Of a stretch of DNA of 64,000 bases, positions 60,002 to 64,000 are shown piece by piece (position 1 is the stretch's first letter; each line of letters starts with the position of its first letter). Under the pieces are notes generated by a model, which searched no databases, was not told the DNA's origin, and was given only the letters and a program-made list of their open reading frames with translations. The translations under genes and the position numbers were made by a program. The DNA is taken from assembly GCA_963823555.1 (NCBI GenBank), contig CAWGMA010000001.1, forward strand, positions 1,504,001 through 1,568,000, given 5' to 3'. The DNA comes from Candidatus Eiseniibacteriota bacterium. GTDB taxonomy: Bacteria > Eisenbacteria > RBG-16-71-46 > CAVPCR01.

Positions 60002-60727
60002 CTATACGCCCCACACCAGTCGCTCGGCGGCGCTCTGGGGCAACGCCACTTCCAGGATGCGACTGCGGACCTGCTCGACATCATAGAAGATGCGTCGGAT
60101 CTCGACGCGCCCGCTCTCAACGTCGAACAGGGCAAAAGCAGCACGCGGATCCCCGTCGCGGGGCTGCCCGACCGACCCGACATTGACCAGGAGCCGCTCA
60201 CCGGCGCCGAGAACGGCCACGGGTGGCGCCTTCTGCAGATGCGCTCCGCCATTCTCGAGGAAGAACCCGGGGAAGTGGGAGTGGCCGACGAAGCAGATGC
60301 GCTCGGTGAAGGCGTTGAACTCGCGGATCGCCTCCCGCAAGTTGAAGACGTAGAGCCAGTCCTCGGGGGCCGAGGGGCTCGAGTGGACGAAGCGGATATC
60401 GCCGATCGCGAGAGTGTACGGCAGCCCCTTCAGATACTCCGCGTTGTCCGGGCGGAGGACATCTCGCGTCCACAGGACGGCGGCTCGCGCATCAGGATTG
60501 AAGTAGTCGGTCTCCGTGGTGCCGATCGCGGCACAGTCATGATTGCCGATGACGACATGATCCGCCCGTGCGCGCACCAGATCGACGACTTCATTGGGAT
60601 TCGCTCCGTACCCGACGAGATCGCCCAGACATGCGATGGCATCGACCTTCTCGGCATCGATCACCTGCAGGCAGGCTTCCAGAGCCTCCAGGTTGGAATG
60701 GATATCCGAGATGATCGCGTATCTCAT
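60002..60727 (-). CDS. Metallophosphoesterase (calcineurin-like)
   Basis: ISDIHSN, LGDLVGYG, GNHD, FVGHSH, NVGSVGQPRDG. Confidence 0.93.
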   Translation of the reverse strand: MRYAIISDIHSNLEALEACLQVIDAEKVDAIACLGDLVGYGANPNEVVDLVRARADHVVIGNHDCAAIGTTETDYFNPDARAAVLWTRDVLRPDNAEYLKGLPYTLAIGDIRFVHSSPSAPEDWLYVFNLREAIREFNAFTERICFVGHSHFPGFFLENGGAHLQKAPPVAVLGAGERLLVNVGSVGQPRDGDPRAAFALFDVESGRVEIRRIFYDVEQVRSRILEVALPQSAAERLVWGV

Positions 60728-61174
60728 TCTTCTCCCGTGTCGCCTTCCAGAGCCGCATCCGCTGTGCTTTCGTTCATCCGCCGCCGCACCGCATCGACGA
60801 CGCCGTTGACGAAGTGCCCGGACTCCTCGCCACCGTAACGCTTGGCGATTTCGATCGCCTCGTTGATCGTCACCGGCTCAGGAATGCCCGGCGTGAAGAA
60901 CAGCTCGACCACGGCCAGGCGGATCACGGCGCGGTCAGTCGACTTCATGCGCTCGAGATCCCAATGCGGACTCGATCTCTCGTATGGCGCGATCCACAGC
61001 AGCCCGATGACGATCGAAGGATTCTACAATAAGCGTGGCGAACTCCACCACCTCGGCCGGCCGGCGCTCCCCGGAGGCGATCTCGCTCAGCCGGCTCACC
61101 GCCAGCTCCCCCAGTAGGTCGCTCTGGTAGAGCGCAAGGAATGCGAGCTCACGCGCCCGCCGCCGGCGTCCCAA
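60724..61174 (-). CDS. nusB: Transcription antitermination factor NusB (single frameshift near 60965)
   Basis: RRRARELAFLALYQ in one frame; WDLERMKSTDRAVIRLAVVE..INEAIEIAKRYG..FVNGVVD in another; directly downstream of ribH. Confidence 0.9.
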
Positions 61175-61178
61175 GAGA

Positions 61179-61694
61179 TCAGTCTCGGGTGCGGCGACGT
61201 GCCCGCCGCTTGGCGCTCGGAGCCGGCTTAGCGGCCCCGGCCAGAAGGTTCGCCATCTCGAGTGCGGACAGCGCCGCTTCGAAGCCACGGTTGCCCGACT
61301 TGGCTCCGGCGCGTTCGATGGCCTGTTCCAGGCTATCTGCCGTCGACACGCCGAAGATGACGGGCACGCCGGAGGCGGTGGCCGCATCGGCGACACCGCG
61401 AGCCACGGCCGAGGCCACCTGCTCGAAGTGGGAGGTCCCCCCGCGGATCACCGCGCCGAGGGTGATCACGGCGGCGAAATGTCCGCTCGCGGCCAGCTTG
61501 CCGGCGACCAGCGGAATCTCGAAGGACCCCGGAACCCAGTAGACGTCGATCTGATCCGAATCGACACCGTGCCGCTCCAGGCAATCGACGGCCCCGGCCA
61601 GCAGGCGGTCGGTGACTACTTCATTGGTCCGGCTGACGACCACGGCAAAATCCAGGCCGTTCCCGGCAAGTGCTCCCCGGTGTTCACGAGCCAC
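61179..61694 (-). CDS. ribH: 6,7-dimethyl-8-ribityllumazine synthase
   Basis: [34 protein letters not shown]. Confidence 0.95.
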   Translation of the reverse strand: MAREHRGALAGNGLDFAVVVSRTNEVVTDRLLAGAVDCLERHGVDSDQIDVYWVPGSFEIPLVAGKLAASGHFAAVITLGAVIRGGTSHFEQVASAVARGVADAATASGVPVIFGVSTADSLEQAIERAGAKSGNRGFEAALSALEMANLLAGAAKPAPSAKRRARRRTRD

Positions 61695-63062
61695 TCCCAC
61701 TCCTCCTTCTTACCCGAGCCGGCGGGGATACCGCGGTGGCGTCGAGCAGATGACCCAGCTTGTGCCGCTTCGTCGCCAGGTAGTCCATGTTCACTGCATT
61801 CGGTGCAATGACGATCGGCACGCGTTCGGCGATCGAGAGCCCGAAGGCCTCGAGCCCGACGACCTTCTTGGGATTGTTGGTCAGTAGCCGGATCCGGCGC
61901 ACACCGAGATCGACCAGGATCTGAGCGCCGATGCCGTAGTCTCGGAGATCCGGCTTGAAGCCGAGCTTCATGATTGGCCTCGACCGTGTCCAGACCCTCA
62001 TCCTGAAGACTGTAGGCCTTGATCTTGTTGGCCAGACCGATGCCGCGCCCTTCCTGCCGCATGTACAGGAACACTCCACGTCCGGCTTCCTGGATCATCT
62101 CGAGCGCTCGGTCCATCTGTTCACCGCAATCGCAGCGCATCGAACCGAAGACGTCGCCGGTCAGGCACTGCGAGTGCACGCGGACCAGGACCGCTTCCGG
62201 GCCCGTGACGTCGCCGCAGACAAGCGCCACGTGATGATCGCCGTCCAGAAGACTTTCGTAGAGGAAGAGCTCGAACTCCCCGTGGCGCGTCGGCATGACG
62301 GTTTCCACGATGCGCCGCACCAGGACTTCGGTCCGCCGGCGATAGGCGATGAGATCGCGGATGGTGATGATCTTGAGCCCGAAGTCACGAGCCAACCGCA
62401 TGAGACGTGGCACCCGCGCCATCTGTCCGTCGTCGTCCATGATCTCGCAGAGCACACCTGCCGGGTAGAGCCCGGCCAGCCGTGCCAGGTCGACCGCCGC
62501 TTCCGTGTGACCGGCCCGGCGCAGCACCCCGCCGTTCTCCGCCCGCAGGGGAAAGACGTGACCCGGGCGCGCGAAATCCTGAGCCCGCACGGTCTCCTCG
62601 GTGAGCGCACGAACGGTTCGGGCGCGATCCTCGGCTGAGATCCCGGTCGACATGCCATGCAGGAAATCGACCGACACCGAAAAGGCCGTCTGCATCGGCG
62701 CCGTGTTGTCCGCCACCATCGGACGCAAGTTCGAGCTCGTCCAGCCGCTCGCCCGTGGCGGGCGCGCAGATCAGTCCGCGGCCATGCGTGGCCAGGAAGT
62801 TGATCGCTTCCGCCGTCGCCTTCTCCGCTGCCAGGATGAGATCTCCCTCGTTCTCCCGGTCTTCGTCATCGACCACGATGACGACCCGACCCTGCTGGAT
62901 GTCCGTGATCGCGGCCTCGATCGGGTCGAACACGGTGGCCTCGGGGGAAGGAGTCGGGTGGCCCGTGGCCACGGCTTTCCTCGGACGACCGGACCCGCGC
63001 CCGGTCGCGGTCCGGGCACGGGGTTCCCGGGCTCTCGTCTTCTCGTTGTTCTCTCTGGTCAT
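61684..63062 (-). CDS. ribBA: Bifunctional DHBP synthase / GTP cyclohydrolase II (frameshifts near 62730 and 61972)
   Basis: [69 protein letters not shown] across three frames. Confidence 0.93.
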
Positions 63063-63126
63063 CTCTACCGCCGCCGAACCGGGGATTTCGCTGAGCCGCG
63101 TCCCGCCCCGCACATGGCCCCCATGG

Positions 63127-63810
63127 CTAACTTGAGCGCTCGCGCCAGGCTCCCTGGCCCGACTTGAGGAAAGTGGCGAGGTCGACTCCCGACTTCCGAG
63201 CGTCGCGTCCGGATTCCCCATCGAGCCCGATCAAATGCTCGAGGTACTTGGCCAGAATGTCGATTTCGATGTTCACCTCATCTCCTGGGTGCAGATCCCC
63301 CAGGGTCGTGACGGCGAGCGTATGGGGGATCAAGTACACCGCGAAGGCATCTCGCCTCGCATCGCCCACGGTGAGGCTCACTCCGGCAATCGCAATGGAT
63401 CCCTTGCTCACAACGTAGCGGCCCAGGTCCCGGTCAAGGAGCTCGAAGCTCAGTCGTTCCGAAGCACCTTCAAGCGTGCGCGCATCGAAGCGGGCGCGGC
63501 CGTCGACATGGCCCTGCACCCAGTGTCCTTCCAGGCGGCCGCCCACGGCCAGCGGCCGTTCCAGATTGACCCTGCTGCCGGGCCGCAGCCGACCGAGCGT
63601 GGACCGCCGGAGCGTCTCGGCGATGGCCTGACACGTAGCGCGCCCCGGGCCGAGGGCGACGACCGTGAGACAGACACCGTCGACAGCGAGGGATCCACCC
63701 ACGACCAGATGCTCGATGGCCCGGGGCAGGGCAAACGTGAGGCGGACGCCTTCCGCCTCGGGTTCCGCCGCCACGACTTCCCCGATGCCTTCGATGATAC
63801 CGGTGAACAC
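63127..63810 (-). CDS. ribE: Riboflavin synthase
   Basis: [51 protein letters not shown]. Confidence 0.96.
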   Translation of the reverse strand: MFTGIIEGIGEVVAAEPEAEGVRLTFALPRAIEHLVVGGSLAVDGVCLTVVALGPGRATCQAIAETLRRSTLGRLRPGSRVNLERPLAVGGRLEGHWVQGHVDGRARFDARTLEGASERLSFELLDRDLGRYVVSKGSIAIAGVSLTVGDARRDAFAVYLIPHTLAVTTLGDLHPGDEVNIEIDILAKYLEHLIGLDGESGRDARKSGVDLATFLKSGQGAWRERSS

Positions 63811-63816
63811 CTGATC

Positions 63817-64000
63817 TTATCTCCCAGCCGGGCCCGGACGTCGGGTCCCCGTCGAGCGGCGCCGCGTCCGGGGCCCGGGCGCCACCACGTCGCCGGAAAT
63901 CGAGAGGTCCTTGCCCAGGGTTTCCACCTGCCATTTCGCGACCCTGAGCCCCGTGGCGATCGAACGCACACCGAGAGGACCCACCCACGCCATCTGCTCT
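63817..64000 (-). CDS. ribD: Probable C-terminus of RibD (deaminase/reductase), partial
   Basis: Manual translation ..WVGPLGVRSIATGLRVAKWQVETLGKDLSISGDV..; position directly upstream of ribE. Confidence 0.6.
   Translation of the reverse strand, partial: EQMAWVGPLGVRSIATGLRVAKWQVETLGKDLSISGDVVAPGPRTRRRSTGTRRPGPAGR

Noticed and set aside
60724..63062. Programmed frameshifting or pseudogenisation of nusB and ribBA
   Set aside because: No slippery heptamers at the shift sites and the proteins are otherwise intact; sequencing indels are more likely
1..64000. CRISPR array, tRNA/rRNA genes, IS elements or prophage
   Set aside because: No regularly spaced repeats, cloverleaf or rRNA signatures, transposase, integrase or phage genes recognised by eye

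Overview
High-GC bacterial chromosomal window. Gene order and the FlgD/T9SS-type C-terminal tails suggest an FCB-group lineage such as Eisenbacteria, Krumholzibacteriota or Latescibacterota (inference only). Left, minus strand (1-15.3 kb): the glycine cleavage genes gcvT-H-PA-PB, two hypothetical genes, and an uncharacterised operon. That operon holds a GlmL-like actin-fold ATPase, a barrel-sandwich-hybrid protein, four membrane proteins and a lipoate-ligase-family enzyme. Centre, plus strand (15.9-38.1 kb): seven secreted proteins that all end in the same FlgD-Ig/T9SS-type sorting domain. Five are large modular proteins with a variable beta-helix, alpha-toroid or LamG head and a shared tail (cohesin-like / YPEYDD-FN3-like / atypical dockerin-like / cohesin-like). 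Two are single-cohesin proteins. This cellulosome-like, possibly self-assembling surface complex is the best candidate for a novel system. Right (38.2-64 kb): a relic of a CxxCH cytochrome gene, a beta-barrel protein, uvrA, ABC ATPase/TolC/Yip1, tonB-exbD-exbD-exbB, asnS, a TPR + DUF4388 pair, gmhB-waaF, a DUF2723/flippase/GT4/methyltransferase locus, nusB and the riboflavin genes. Several genes (glmL-like, its neighbour, one secreted gene, nusB, ribBA) carry small indels that look like sequencing or assembly errors. No rRNA, tRNA, CRISPR array or transposase was recognised. All domain calls come from motif recognition by eye, not database searches.
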